Below, piece by piece: positions 1-11,800 of a stretch of 64,000 nucleotides of DNA. The translations under genes were made by a program, and so were the position numbers. Position 1 is the first letter of the stretch. Each line of letters begins with the position of its first letter. The notes beneath the pieces are model-generated. The model had not been told where the DNA came from. It searched no databases and worked only from the letters and a program-made list of their open reading frames with translations. The stretch is from Clostridia bacterium (GTDB taxonomy: Bacteria > Bacillota > Clostridia > Christensenellales > DTU072), in NCBI GenBank assembly GCA_017504305.1, contig JAFVRJ010000007.1, positions 64,774-128,773 of the forward strand. Direction: 5' to 3'.

Positions 1-2
1 TC

Positions 3-3000
3 GAAGGGGTGGAGATTACAGCTAAAAAGGTAACCTATGATAGTAGCGCTCATGCAATAACCGTTTCCAAGACCACCACGCAATTCAATGAAGATATCAC
101 CGTAGTTTATAGCGCAACCGATAGTAGTGGTGCGGTCGTTGATTACAATAACCTCGTACACGCGGGCGAATATACTATAACCGCAAGCCTATCTGCAGGC
201 GATAACTATAACGAGCTAACTTTAGCTTCCGTAAAGCTTACCATCGACAAGAAAGCGTTGGTATTCGAGTGGAGCACGACTACTGCCTTTACCTATAACA
301 CCGCTTCTCAAGGCGTAACGCTAACGGTAAGCGGAGTAATTTCAGGCGATAGCATTACCCTTAACGGACGTAACGGAAGCGTAGTTGTAACCCAATCGGT
401 GGGTGGCACCGCTATCATTACCTTCCAAAACGTTAATGCAGCGACCTATACTGCGGAAATCAGCGAGATTGTACACGATCACGGCAATAATTGCACAGGC
501 GATTATGCGTTACCGATTAACAACAGTCTTGCTTATACCATCGTTCCCAAGTCTGTCAACGTCGTATGGAGTACCGATAACGAAGCGCAAAACGGCGCTC
601 CCGCATGGCAAGACTTTAGCGTTGTATACTCTAACCAAGTAAGAACGGTTTACGCATCCGTTCAAGTAGGAGCAACGAGCGCAGACGACGGCAAGGCATA
701 TGGTACTGTAAGCGTTAATATCAGCGGTAATACCGCAAGCGAAGTAGGTGATTATCAAGCGGTTGTTTCCAGCTTAAACGATAACAACTACGTATTAAGC
801 GGAGAAACCACAAAAGATTACCATATCACCAAAGCAACCATTACCAACATAACCTTTGCAGATAACAACGTAACCTTCAACGGCGACGTAATTACGATGA
901 ACGTATCGGGAGTTAAGACGCAATATGGTGAAGAGGTTACCGTAAATTATCACGGAGCGGTACAAAGCGATTACGGCAGAAGTGAAGTAATCGGCTTAAA
1001 TCAAGCTCGTAACGCAGGTATATACAGCTTTACTGCAACTATAGCGGAGAGCAAGAATTACAACGCACTTACCCTCACCGCAACGCTTACTATTAATAAA
1101 GCAACCATAACCGGAGTAAGTCTACAAGACGTCGAAACCACTTTCGATAGTACCGATAAGTCAGTTGCTTTAAGCGATAACTTCAAGTACGGTAATGATA
1201 CCGACGTTCTTGTTCCGAGCTATACCATTAGCGGTAAAAAGGCGGATGGTACCGTAGTAGCATCGCAAGAGGGCAACTCCCAAAAGGATGCCGGTGTTTA
1301 TACGGTAGTTATAACCATAGACGACGGTTACGTTGACAACGGCGTATTGGTTAACGCTAACTACGAAGACTTTACTTTACGCGTAAAACTTACCATTAAA
1401 CAAGCGGAAATGACCTTTACCACCAAGACGGTAAGCGGTGGCGGAACGTACGTTTACGATACTACCGAGCAAGTGGCAGAGATTACTTTGGTAAACGCAT
1501 CGGGCGCAAACAAAACGCAATACGGTGACGACCTAACGGTAAGTTACAGCGGTGGACAAAACGGCACTAACGGCTCGACTGATAAGGGTACTTATACTGT
1601 ACGCATAACGGTAGATGCAGGTAACAACTACGTAAGCTTTGAAGAATCTGCAATCGTGGTTATTAACGCAAAACCGATTACCGTAAATTGGGTGGAAAGT
1701 ACTTACGTTTATACCGGTGATAACCAAACGAGCTCCATAAGCGCAACGCTCACTTACGGCGCAACCTTGGACGATGATAACAAGGTTTACGATGCAGATA
1801 AAGATAAAGTAGTATTGACCTATTCCGTTTTAGGTAAAGAAACTAATAATAACGGTGACGTTCAATTCCTAAACGCAGGCAAGTATCAAGTAAGCGTTGT
1901 TACCAATAATCAAAACTATACGATTACCAGCGCCTCCACCGAATACGAGATGCAAAAGGCGACCATCGATTGGTTGTACTTCAACGGATACTCTATAAGT
2001 TACGATGCAAAGACGCATTACGTAGGAATAAGCGAAACGGCAGGCGCGCAAGAGCGCAATCCTGTAGATAGTATCCAATTATTACGCAACGATCTTGCAG
2101 ACGTAACCTATCACTATAACGTAACGGGAGCGGACGATGCTTATACCGATACTTTCAACGGTGCAAAATACGCAAACGTCTATTACGTAATGGCAACGGT
2201 AACCGAAAGGGGAAGTCTTGATAACTATAACGAGCTTACTTTAAAAACTACCTTAACCATTACGCCCACCGACCTCAAGGGATATGGTATCGAAGATAAG
2301 GAAGTATTCTATAACGGTTCGGCACACTCCTTAACGATAAACGCAAGCAACGCAAATTACGTAGACGGCAAGTATCTAACGCAATACGGCGAAGAACTAA
2401 CGCTTACCTATTACGTAGACGGCGTAGAGGGCGCTCCGCAAAGAACTCTTGTTAAGATAGTAGACGGAGCCGTTGCCTCTTACGAAGTAAGAGCGGTATT
2501 GAGCTTTAGCGGTGCAAACGCAAGTGAATTAACTGCAAGCTATAACGCGTTAGGCTTGACTTTAAGCGCTAACTTGAAGATAAAGAAGGCTGTTCTCACC
2601 GGCATTACCCTAAATCCTGCAACAGTAACCTACGATGGTCAAGCTCACGCGCTAACGCCGAGCTTTACCGCAGTAGCTCCCGATCAGTATCCGCGTTACG
2701 AAGTAACGGGTAACTCCGTAAACGTAGTCTTAAGTAGCACTCATTTGGGCGATACCTTTACCGTAACCGCAACGACTGCAGACGGCGCAACCTCGAAGAC
2801 TAACGCAGGAACGTATCAGTTTACCGTAAGTATTTCTGCAGATGATTCTGAAGTAGGTAAGAATTACGAACTGTTCGGTGATTTATCGGCAGCGCTTACC
2901 ATCAACAAGGCAAAGATGGCTAATGCTTCGGGCGCACAACTCGTCTTTGATACCAACTTGTTCTTCGAGGACGTAAACGCAGATTATACTTCTTTGGAAA

Positions 3001-6000
3001 TGGGCATTTTGCTTGCTACCGATAGGGCACAAAGCGTTGCTACTGCAAGCCCCGTAACTATTTGGTATATCTATCCTCTCAACGCACCGAGCTTTAGCGG
3101 TGATGAGGCAAAGGTATCTTATACCTATAACGGCGTTAAAGGCATTACCAAGAAAAATGCAGGAACATACATCGTAACGGTTACCATCGACAACGCAAAC
3201 TATGATGAGATAAGCAAATCTGCCGTCCTTACCATCAACAAAGCAGGTATTAACTTCTTCTTTGTTGGTAACGACAATGTTGATTATGACGGCAAGACGC
3301 ATTACGCATCGGTATCAACCACCAACGCATACAATCCCGATAACGTAACCACCATCGACCTTGTCGGTAACGATAAAGCAACGGTAAGCTACACTTACAC
3401 GTCGCAACGTAACGGCAACGGAGCCTTCAAGGGTGCGGTTAACGCTGACGTATATCAAATCACCGCAAAGATAACCGTAATCGATGGCGCGGACGTCAAC
3501 TATACGCCGTGGGCTGATAAGACGGTATCTCTTACCATCAAGGCTTATGAAGTACAAGCACAATGGTTATACGGCGAATTCGTATATAACGGCGTATCGC
3601 AAGCCGGTTACGTAAACGCATCTTTTGCTACCGTAGACGGAGCCTCTCAAAACTTGGTATTAAGCTATGAAGGATTAACCGATAACGCAGTAGGTGACAC
3701 CGTATTTAAGGATGCAGGTAAGTATAAGGTAACCGCTGACTACGACGTAAACGAAGTATTGCGCGCTAACTATGATATTAGCGATCTCGAAAGAGAAATT
3801 ACTATTGCTCCTTACGAGTTGCCGTTCTACTTTATAGAAAGTACTTATACCTATTCGGCATCGACCGTATATCTATTAATCAATAAGGTCAACGCGGCTA
3901 ACGTTTCAGATACTCTTATCGAAAGGATTACCATTGAATTTGCAAATGCAACCGAAGACGTTATTATCGATTACGAATATACGCCCAACGATTTGGGATT
4001 AACGAAGGGCGCGCGTAACGTAGGTATTTATAGCGTAAAAGCAACACTACGCAACGCAACCGAATCAAACTACGTCGATTGGTCCAAAGAGGCAACCTTG
4101 CACATTACCCAAAAGACGCTTACTCCCGAGCTTGTAAAAGCGGATAAGAATTATGATGGTAGCCCGTTGCTTGCAAATACCAGCATCACGTTGGACGGCA
4201 TATATGAAGCCGATCGTCAATATCTATCGCACGTTGCATCCTACGATAACAAGAACGTAGGAACGGATAAGATCATAACCGTAACGCTTAATAGCGTACA
4301 AGGTTATGAGTATTTGATTAACAACTACTACGTAGACTTCCAAGCAAAGGGTACGATTACGGCACGCAAGCTCATACCGTCCGCTTCTTACGATTGGCAT
4401 AAGACTTATGATGGTACGGCAGGCTCAAAGCACAACCCGATTAACAATTTCGAAGCAAACGCCGATCCCATAGTAGGCGATTCGGTTACCGTAAACGCAG
4501 TTTATAACTCTCAAAACGTATTGGAAGCAAACACCGTTAAGTTTGAGCTTTCCGGCTTAGACTTTGCTAACTACGTAACCGAGGATTTAAGCTTTACTAT
4601 TGATCCTCAAAACAAGATATACCTTATTAGCCCTAACAACGTGGGTATCAGCTGGCCCAAGTTGACCTTCGATTATACCGGCACTACTCAAGTAGTGGAA
4701 GCATACGTTTCGGTATTAACCGATGACCTCGATCTCCCCGGAGTATCGGAAGGTAAACTCTACTTAACCGTTACGGTGGATTACGTTGAAGATAGTTACG
4801 GCAACGAGGTAAGCGTTCTCAATACAACCTTCAGAAACGCCGGCAAGTATTTAGCAACGGCAGAGAACAGTGCTTTCGATGAAAACATGAAGGCAAACTA
4901 TGGCATTACCGCAAACCAAGAGTACTGCACGATAAACGTAGCTCAAGTAGAAGTAGAGTGGTCGGGCTTAACCAAGACTTTCGTATATAACGGTGAAGAT
5001 CAAGCCGATCAAATTACGGTAACGGCAAAACTCCTTGGCGATGATAAGACTCTTACGAACTATTTGCAAGCGGTATTTGGCGGAAGCGAGTTCAAGGATG
5101 CAAAGAAATACACCTTCAACGTAGAGTTTATCGACGACGTACTCAATAACAACTATAGGTTAAACAACGACTCCAAAGAAATCACTATGGAGCAAGCTGA
5201 AATCACTAACGTTTACTTCCAAGGTAGCGAAAGTTGGATCTACCACGGTAGTGCTACGGATGCTACCGTAGGCGTGTACTATTACTTTGTAACCAACGCC
5301 TTAAGCAGTCCCACCGCTTCCTCGAAGCCCGATTATTCCGCATCAAGCAATTTGGCGTACTCTCACGAGCATCTAACGCTTTACTATCAATATGATGCAA
5401 CGTTACCGATTTCTATTATCTACACCAATGGCGAAATCATCTATAGCGACGAGTATATTAGCGGTGCCGAAAACGGCATAAGAAACGCGGGCGCACGTAC
5501 CATTACCGCAACTATCTTACCCACACAAAACTATAAGGGTTGGAGCGGTGAAGTTAAAGTTACCGTAGGTAAAGCTGAAATAAACAACGTTTACTTGAAT
5601 AATTACTCCAATTACTATAGCGCAGGGGTTCAAAGCTTGTACGCTTCCAATGATAGTACTACTCCTGCAACCAGCAAAGTAGACGTTTATTTGCCTGACG
5701 GTTCGCTTGCAAACGTTCAATATGCTATCGTCGGCGACTATTATAACGATGAACTCGAAGATGACTACGCTTTCGGTTTTGGTGACAATAACAACAGTGC
5801 AACCGATGCAGGAATCTACGCCGTAGAGGCAAAGATCGAGACCGCCAACTATTATAGCTGGAGCCAAAAAGCATTTCTTGAAATTCTTAAGTACAAGAGC
5901 AAGGTCGTTTGGAGATACGGTGATAAGACGACGGCGAATTACGTTTATAACGGCGAAGATCAAACCGATACCGTAACTGCTCACATCGTACTTGCAGGCA

Positions 6001-8894
6001 ACGACGATAATAACAGAACGGCAAACATGGCTATAGACCTTACTCTCAAAGACGAGTATCCCGTTGCCGAGCTCAAGAAGCACTTTGCAATAGCCGGTAC
6101 CTATACCTTCGTAGCATCGTTTGAGGATGTAGATCTTGATAAGAAGAAGTGGTTGGTCAACAACTATGAGTTAACAGATGACGTAAAAGATATTACGATG
6201 GCCAAGTTCACCGTTGATCTCAAGTGGCTATACACCTGCGTAGCAGGCGAGGTAGAGTACGACGAGCCTTGCGTATACGACAAGCAAACCCACGGCATTA
6301 GACCTAAAGGAATAGGCTTGAACGGCGTTGAAATGGATCTTATTGCAGACGGTGAATTTGAAGCGGTCAACGCAAACGCAACCGACTATGATAAGTACTA
6401 CGCAACCGTTAACGGCATTAAAGACGGCGTCGATAAGATTATCATCGATGGCGATGAGTATGAAGTTTCTTACGAAACCAACTACACTCAACCGCAAGAA
6501 ACCTTTGGTTGGCAAATAGCAAAACGTCCTATTCATTTGGAACTCGACCACGCTCATAGCTATCTTTCCAAGGTATACGACAGCGACGCTATATTCGATC
6601 TCGGTACGGCTACGACGGAAGTAAGCGACGTCGATATTACTACCAATACGGTAATTAAGACCATCACTTATGCGTTTACCGAGGTTAACTACGATAATCT
6701 TAACAATCAAATTGTATACAGCTTGTCCAACATTATCGACACCGGTGAAGATAGCGATGCAGATAGCATAATGCTATCGGTAGGTAGTGCAATAGCTAAC
6801 GTAAATAACGTTACCGCCATGTACGTAACGTTGACTTTCGACGCACTCGAAGTAACGGGTGCCGGCTTCAACTACTATATCGATAGCGAAACTTCGGGTA
6901 TTATTTATAGACAAACCGTGGAAGAAACGTTGATTCAACCGCGTAGAGTAAAGGCTATGTTCAAAGAGGATTTAGGTCACGTATATAACGCCAAGACCTT
7001 TGAAAAGTCATTTGATTTATCCGATCAAATCGACACCGTTGCAGGTGTGGAAGTCGTCCAATTGATAGATATTATTTCGGGCTATAACGTATCGTCGTTA
7101 TACGAGCCCAACTACTTTATCGGTAGCTTTGATATCGGCGGCGGAAAAGACGTAGGCGAGTATGCTATCAACGCAACCCTCGATATCGTTGATAATAACG
7201 GAATACACAACTACGACTTTGTAAACGCTCAAAATAACGTTATCGAAAGGGGTAACGATGATAGCTTGAGTGGTAACGTATTGAGCGTTAAGTTCAATGG
7301 TTCTACACCCGTTGACTACGTAATCAGTACGCGTAATCTTGCAATAAGCTATCAAAACGAGCTACAAAGCTTCAACTCTACCCTCATTGACGTAACGGGC
7401 GCAGTACTAATAGAGCAAAGCGATCTCACAGATATGGATTGGGATATACCGGGCTTTGATGAGATGGATGAGTCGGCTCGTAACGAAGCAATGCAAAATG
7501 CCCTCAAGGCTATGCTTATTGCAGAAGGATTTACCTTACAAGGCGAAGCGATCGACATTTCCGACTTTATAATTAATAGATGGAATACCGAAGCTTACCG
7601 TACTTATAGCGAGTATACCTTGATTGTCGGTAACGAAACCATGTTGGGCGAAGAAGGTAGCGAAGTTATCGGTCTTGAAGTTTTGACCAATAAGACCAAC
7701 TACTCGATAGATGCTCCGGTACTACAATTAACGTACTTAACGGTTAGAGATGCATCAACCTATACATTCAACGTATCGAGCCTTGAAGACTTGATTGAGT
7801 TAGAACGCGACGTAACCGGACTTGCATCCACACGCTTAATTGAAAGGGTAGGTCTTGTTCCAAAGTACGTTCAAACTGCCAACATCAGCGGTATCCTTGC
7901 AAACGGCGGATATATGCCGATAGTACGCACGGCGCTTGAGTTTGAAGCACAATACAACGGCAACAATTACGCAATTACCGACTTGATGCTCTACTGTGCA
8001 AATCAAGGGTACTTTGGATTGTTCGGTAGTCTAAAGAACGCTACCATCGAAAACGTAACCATTAGGCGCGTAAACCTTATTGGTAGCAACGCTCTTTGCG
8101 CAGGCGTGCTTGCCTCGACTTCACAAAACAGCGTTATCAGGAACGTAAACGTTTCCGGCACGGTAACGGTAACGAATACGATTAATGAAGTTTACGTAGG
8201 TATGCTCGTTGGTAAAGCGACAAATACCGACTTTATCGCTAATGCAGTAAGCGGTTACGTGATAGTCAACGCTCCGTCCGCTTACGTCGGTGGTTTGACA
8301 GGCGCGCTCGATAACGACGGAGAATACCTTTCCACCGTTCAAAATAACGTTGTATTCTTGGATGCAAAGGTTGTTTCGGCAGAAGCTCACGCCGACTACG
8401 TAATAGGTCAAACGGAAGTTGAGCTCAATGACAACGCTTACTTGGCAGAAGGTATATTCATCGTTAATACCCAAACGTCCACAAATAGCGTAAAACTTAC
8501 GAGCGCACAAGGTGAAGCACTTGGCTTTAGCGATATTATGGCAAGCACTGATGACCTTTATCTAAAAGTTCAAGACATGGTAAGGTATGACTTAATGCGT
8601 GATTATATCTACCTACCCAACGGCGAGCTTGCAAGCGATTACGTAGTAGATATTTCCAATTACCGTCAAATCGCCTTGATTTACGCCTACGGTTGGTTGG
8701 ATTATAACTTGATAGCAGATGTCTATATCCCCAACTCTTTGGCGACGGGAACGCGCGAAGATAGCTTCTACGGCGAGTTTAGTGCGGAGCAAGACTTTAG
8801 CATATACGCGATGTCAGAGCTTGCCTATAACCTAACGGCGGTATCAACAAAGGACGAAATTGCCGTTCAACCATATGAAAAACGAGGTACCTAA
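3..8894 (+). CDS. Giant cell-surface repeat protein with its 5' end outside the window (>=2963 aa visible). MBG/YDG-type Ig-like repeat array followed by a C-terminal GLUG-like beta-helix module. No C-terminal membrane anchor.
   Basis: The frame is open from nt 3; the track start at 9 is an internal GTG. Stop TAA is at 8892-8894. There are dozens of ~75-95-aa modules with a recurring pattern (K[AP]x[IL]T..., [VT]YDG/YNG..[HQ], AG.Y.V, NY, LTI.KA). The C-terminal ~450 aa has ALEFEAQYNGNNYAITDL followed by GLFGSLKNATIENV / VGMLVGKA / VGGLTGAL repeats. The protein ends ...QPYEKRGT with no TM segment or LPXTG. Confidence 0.85.
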   Translation, partial: EGVEITAKKVTYDSSAHAITVSKTTTQFNEDITVVYSATDSSGAVVDYNNLVHAGEYTITASLSAGDNYNELTLASVKLTIDKKALVFEWSTTTAFTYNTASQGVTLTVSGVISGDSITLNGRNGSVVVTQSVGGTAIITFQNVNAATYTAEISEIVHDHGNNCTGDYALPINNSLAYTIVPKSVNVVWSTDNEAQNGAPAWQDFSVVYSNQVRTVYASVQVGATSADDGKAYGTVSVNISGNTASEVGDYQAVVSSLNDNNYVLSGETTKDYHITKATITNITFADNNVTFNGDVITMNVSGVKTQYGEEVTVNYHGAVQSDYGRSEVIGLNQARNAGIYSFTATIAESKNYNALTLTATLTINKATITGVSLQDVETTFDSTDKSVALSDNFKYGNDTDVLVPSYTISGKKADGTVVASQEGNSQKDAGVYTVVITIDDGYVDNGVLVNANYEDFTLRVKLTIKQAEMTFTTKTVSGGGTYVYDTTEQVAEITLVNASGANKTQYGDDLTVSYSGGQNGTNGSTDKGTYTVRITVDAGNNYVSFEESAIVVINAKPITVNWVESTYVYTGDNQTSSISATLTYGATLDDDNKVYDADKDKVVLTYSVLGKETNNNGDVQFLNAGKYQVSVVTNNQNYTITSASTEYEMQKATIDWLYFNGYSISYDAKTHYVGISETAGAQERNPVDSIQLLRNDLADVTYHYNVTGADDAYTDTFNGAKYANVYYVMATVTERGSLDNYNELTLKTTLTITPTDLKGYGIEDKEVFYNGSAHSLTINASNANYVDGKYLTQYGEELTLTYYVDGVEGAPQRTLVKIVDGAVASYEVRAVLSFSGANASELTASYNALGLTLSANLKIKKAVLTGITLNPATVTYDGQAHALTPSFTAVAPDQYPRYEVTGNSVNVVLSSTHLGDTFTVTATTADGATSKTNAGTYQFTVSISADDSEVGKNYELFGDLSAALTINKAKMANASGAQLVFDTNLFFEDVNADYTSLEMGILLATDRAQSVATASPVTIWYIYPLNAPSFSGDEAKVSYTYNGVKGITKKNAGTYIVTVTIDNANYDEISKSAVLTINKAGINFFFVGNDNVDYDGKTHYASVSTTNAYNPDNVTTIDLVGNDKATVSYTYTSQRNGNGAFKGAVNADVYQITAKITVIDGADVNYTPWADKTVSLTIKAYEVQAQWLYGEFVYNGVSQAGYVNASFATVDGASQNLVLSYEGLTDNAVGDTVFKDAGKYKVTADYDVNEVLRANYDISDLEREITIAPYELPFYFIESTYTYSASTVYLLINKVNAANVSDTLIERITIEFANATEDVIIDYEYTPNDLGLTKGARNVGIYSVKATLRNATESNYVDWSKEATLHITQKTLTPELVKADKNYDGSPLLANTSITLDGIYEADRQYLSHVASYDNKNVGTDKIITVTLNSVQGYEYLINNYYVDFQAKGTITARKLIPSASYDWHKTYDGTAGSKHNPINNFEANADPIVGDSVTVNAVYNSQNVLEANTVKFELSGLDFANYVTEDLSFTIDPQNKIYLISPNNVGISWPKLTFDYTGTTQVVEAYVSVLTDDLDLPGVSEGKLYLTVTVDYVEDSYGNEVSVLNTTFRNAGKYLATAENSAFDENMKANYGITANQEYCTINVAQVEVEWSGLTKTFVYNGEDQADQITVTAKLLGDDKTLTNYLQAVFGGSEFKDAKKYTFNVEFIDDVLNNNYRLNNDSKEITMEQAEITNVYFQGSESWIYHGSATDATVGVYYYFVTNALSSPTASSKPDYSASSNLAYSHEHLTLYYQYDATLPISIIYTNGEIIYSDEYISGAENGIRNAGARTITATILPTQNYKGWSGEVKVTVGKAEINNVYLNNYSNYYSAGVQSLYASNDSTTPATSKVDVYLPDGSLANVQYAIVGDYYNDELEDDYAFGFGDNNNSATDAGIYAVEAKIETANYYSWSQKAFLEILKYKSKVVWRYGDKTTANYVYNGEDQTDTVTAHIVLAGNDDNNRTANMAIDLTLKDEYPVAELKKHFAIAGTYTFVASFEDVDLDKKKWLVNNYELTDDVKDITMAKFTVDLKWLYTCVAGEVEYDEPCVYDKQTHGIRPKGIGLNGVEMDLIADGEFEAVNANATDYDKYYATVNGIKDGVDKIIIDGDEYEVSYETNYTQPQETFGWQIAKRPIHLELDHAHSYLSKVYDSDAIFDLGTATTEVSDVDITTNTVIKTITYAFTEVNYDNLNNQIVYSLSNIIDTGEDSDADSIMLSVGSAIANVNNVTAMYVTLTFDALEVTGAGFNYYIDSETSGIIYRQTVEETLIQPRRVKAMFKEDLGHVYNAKTFEKSFDLSDQIDTVAGVEVVQLIDIISGYNVSSLYEPNYFIGSFDIGGGKDVGEYAINATLDIVDNNGIHNYDFVNAQNNVIERGNDDSLSGNVLSVKFNGSTPVDYVISTRNLAISYQNELQSFNSTLIDVTGAVLIEQSDLTDMDWDIPGFDEMDESARNEAMQNALKAMLIAEGFTLQGEAIDISDFIINRWNTEAYRTYSEYTLIVGNETMLGEEGSEVIGLEVLTNKTNYSIDAPVLQLTYLTVRDASTYTFNVSSLEDLIELERDVTGLASTRLIERVGLVPKYVQTANISGILANGGYMPIVRTALEFEAQYNGNNYAITDLMLYCANQGYFGLFGSLKNATIENVTIRRVNLIGSNALCAGVLASTSQNSVIRNVNVSGTVTVTNTINEVYVGMLVGKATNTDFIANAVSGYVIVNAPSAYVGGLTGALDNDGEYLSTVQNNVVFLDAKVVSAEAHADYVIGQTEVELNDNAYLAEGIFIVNTQTSTNSVKLTSAQGEALGFSDIMASTDDLYLKVQDMVRYDLMRDYIYLPNGELASDYVVDISNYRQIALIYAYGWLDYNLIADVYIPNSLATGTREDSFYGEFSAEQDFSIYAMSELAYNLTAVSTKDEIAVQPYEKRGT

Positions 8895-11800
8895 TGACTA
8901 AAAGCACCAAAATCTTAATATTAACGTTGTTTATGATGGTGGCGCTTTTAGGCGTTAACTTCCTTGCTCGCCAAAACTCAAGTGCTTATGCTATCAACCA
9001 ATATGCTCAAATAGAGGTTAATAAAACGGCGGATGGCTATAGCTACGGCAACGGAGATAGCTTTAAGACGGCGGATACCTTGCAACAGGTTTTCGATGAC
9101 GTTTTGAGCGAAGAGGTAACGGCTAACGCCATATTTAACTTTAATAATTTTTCTACGAGCGATACCGTTGTGATAGACGCAACCCGCAAAGTGGTTATAT
9201 CGGGAACGGTTAAGTTCGAAGGTGCAACAAGCGACACCTTTATAACGCTACAAGGGGGAGCGTTGCAGTTTACCGGTGCAATAATAAATAGCGACCGTGG
9301 TAAAATCTTGGAGATAAAAGGTGGCTGTGAGTTCGTTATGGAAAGCGGAAATCTCTCGGTTTCCGGCGATATAAGCGGACTTATACAATCGAGTGTAGTA
9401 AATAGGGGAAAGACGACGCTAAATGGTGGCGTAATCTCTTATGAAAGCACAGTCGGCACAAATACCGGATACGCGATGTCACAATTCGATAGTACCGCGA
9501 GTTTAACTATTGCAGAGGGTAACACTGTACAGCTTTACGGCAGTAGTGCACTACTTATTGGTGGTGGCGAAGCGGTTATTAACGGCGGAATCTTCGTAGG
9601 CAACAGCGATAGCGTGTCGGAAAACGGCAGTGCCTTAAAGGTTCGCAACGATGCAAAGGTCACTATAAACGGCGGTGTATTCAGAGGCGAAGGCGAGGAT
9701 AGGGTAGTTATTATTTCCGGTAGCCGTGAGGGCTATATAGACTTTTTAGGTGGTACGATTGAAGGTAAGGTGCTATTTGGTAAAGAAAGTAGCGCAAATG
9801 GCGCACGCCTAAAAATCGATGGTAAGAGTATACTGCCCACCGGTGAAGGATTGGTTGAGGTTAGTTCATCCGTATTAGACGAGGCGCTTACTCCGACAAA
9901 CGCCATGCTTAACGTTAGGACACAAGAAGGTTACTACGTAAAGGAGTGGAGCGGTATAGCAAAAGCTACTCCGTTGGTATCGGAGTTTAGTAACGGCGCT
10001 TTGATTTGGCCTACTTTGAGTAACGAGTACCTTTTAACGTTGGTTGTAGACGGCGAGGAACATGAATTTAACGTATATTACGGTAGTATAGTCGAACCCA
10101 ATACTTTAGGATTAATATTGCCGAGCGGATATGAAGTTTACAGTTGGCTTGATTCTTCCGACAACGAAGCGCCCGCTCCCTTTAGAGTAACGAGCAACGT
10201 TAAGTATACGGCAAAGCTTGGTGTAAAAGCGGTAGAAATAGGCGAAATAGCGGACGTAAACAAAGTTTACGACGGCGAGGTAGAAAGTCGTACAATTCCC
10301 GTCCAGAGGGTGGAAGGACTTACTTATTCCGCTCAATGGGAAGGTAATACGGTAGGCATTTGGTCACCGTGCAATACGGGCGATAGCATAAGTTTTGTAA
10401 GCGTTGCCGATTCCGGTAAGTATAGAGTGCGCGTAACCGTTAGCGATGGCGTAACACAAAAGGAAAGCTTGTCTAACGAGTTTAAAGTAGAGATAGCAAA
10501 AGCAACCTACGGCGCAATCACCCATCCCGAGTTAAACGGCGTTTACGACGCACTAAAGACGCTTGACGATTACACTTTACAAGAGGGCTTTACTTGGGTA
10601 CAAGAGACCCTTAAGCCCACCGTACCCGTCAAAGAGTACGATGCAACGTATTGCGCGGATAGCGTTAACTATAATCCGATAGGGGTGAAGATAACTCTCA
10701 ATCTTCAAAAGGCTCCGGCGGTTACCAAATCGCACAACCCCATTGCAAACAGATACGTTTACGATGCGGAAAAAACTCTTGCAGACTATCCTTTTGAGTC
10801 GGGTAGCGGTTGGAGATGGTCAGACGTTAACGTCATCCCCACGGCAGGGACTAAAGAATATATTGCCTGTTATAATCCGGACGTTGATAACTATGAAGAC
10901 TATATTACTACCGTTACGCTTGTAATAGGCAAGGCTACGTACGTAGCGGTTGAAGACGTCTATCTTACCGTATCTTACGTAAACGGCTTGACGTTAGGTA
11001 GCGTTTTAGAGCAAAACGCAGGTAATCTTACCGGGTATCGCTTGGCGCAAAATGCCGATAAAAGTACGCTCCTTAACCAATGCAAGGTCTTTGAGTTTAA
11101 CGCAGTTTATAACGCAGATAGCGAAAATTATAAAGATTATAATTCCGTAAAAATCTTTGTAACGGTAACCAAAGGAAGCAATACGGTTGACTATAACGCA
11201 ACAAATACTATCAATGCAGGCGTTTACGATCCAGAGCGTACGCTTCAAGACATTGCGCTTAATTCACCTTATTGGCATTGGCAATCACCTCAAACGGTGC
11301 CTACCGTAACGCAAAGCAAATATAACCTTGTTTATAATCCGGATGCTTCTTTGTTCTACGATTATATCTTGGAGGTTACCGTAATAGTAGATAAAGCCGA
11401 TTTGCAAAGTGCCGTTCACCGAGCCTTGAGTGGAACGTACTCGAAAGACAAAACGCTTTCAGATTATGCGCTTGATAGTGGTTGGAGTTGGCAAAATGGA
11501 ACTATAGTTCCCACCGTCGACGTCGGTAGTTATCAAGCAGTATATGACGGAGGTGCAAACTATAACCTCTATTACGGCGAAATACTTTTGACTTTAAGCA
11601 AAGCAAAAGTCGACGTAACAGGCATTACGTTAAGTCCTCTTACGGTTACGTACGATGGCAAGGCTCACTCGCTTGCATATAGCGGAACGCTACCGCAAGG
11701 AGTAAGCGTTACTTACTATAATAACGGAAAGGTTAACGCAGGTAATTACGTGGTTGAAATGGCGTTTAGCCAATCGGACTTTATTAACTATTTGCCGATT

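Noticed and set aside
5517-6083. Minus-strand and off-frame ORFs inside the other large genes, for example 5517-6083, 2883-3302, 8121-8510, 13253-13777, 32432-33028, 33053-33538, 45582-46178 and 48819-49406.
   Set aside because: Each is fully nested in, and antisense or out of frame to, a gene with strong motif support. There are no RBSs, and the peptides are Cys/Val/Ile-rich nonsense. The near-identical 93-aa pair 45164-45445 / 47885-48166 merely mirrors the gene-conversion tract.
8892-8896. Programmed frameshift or read-through fusing the >=2963-aa ORF to the 1227-aa ORF.
   Set aside because: The downstream ORF has its own RBS, ATG and a complete signal peptide, and no slippery heptamer precedes the TAA. 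TAATG overlap is ordinary translational coupling.
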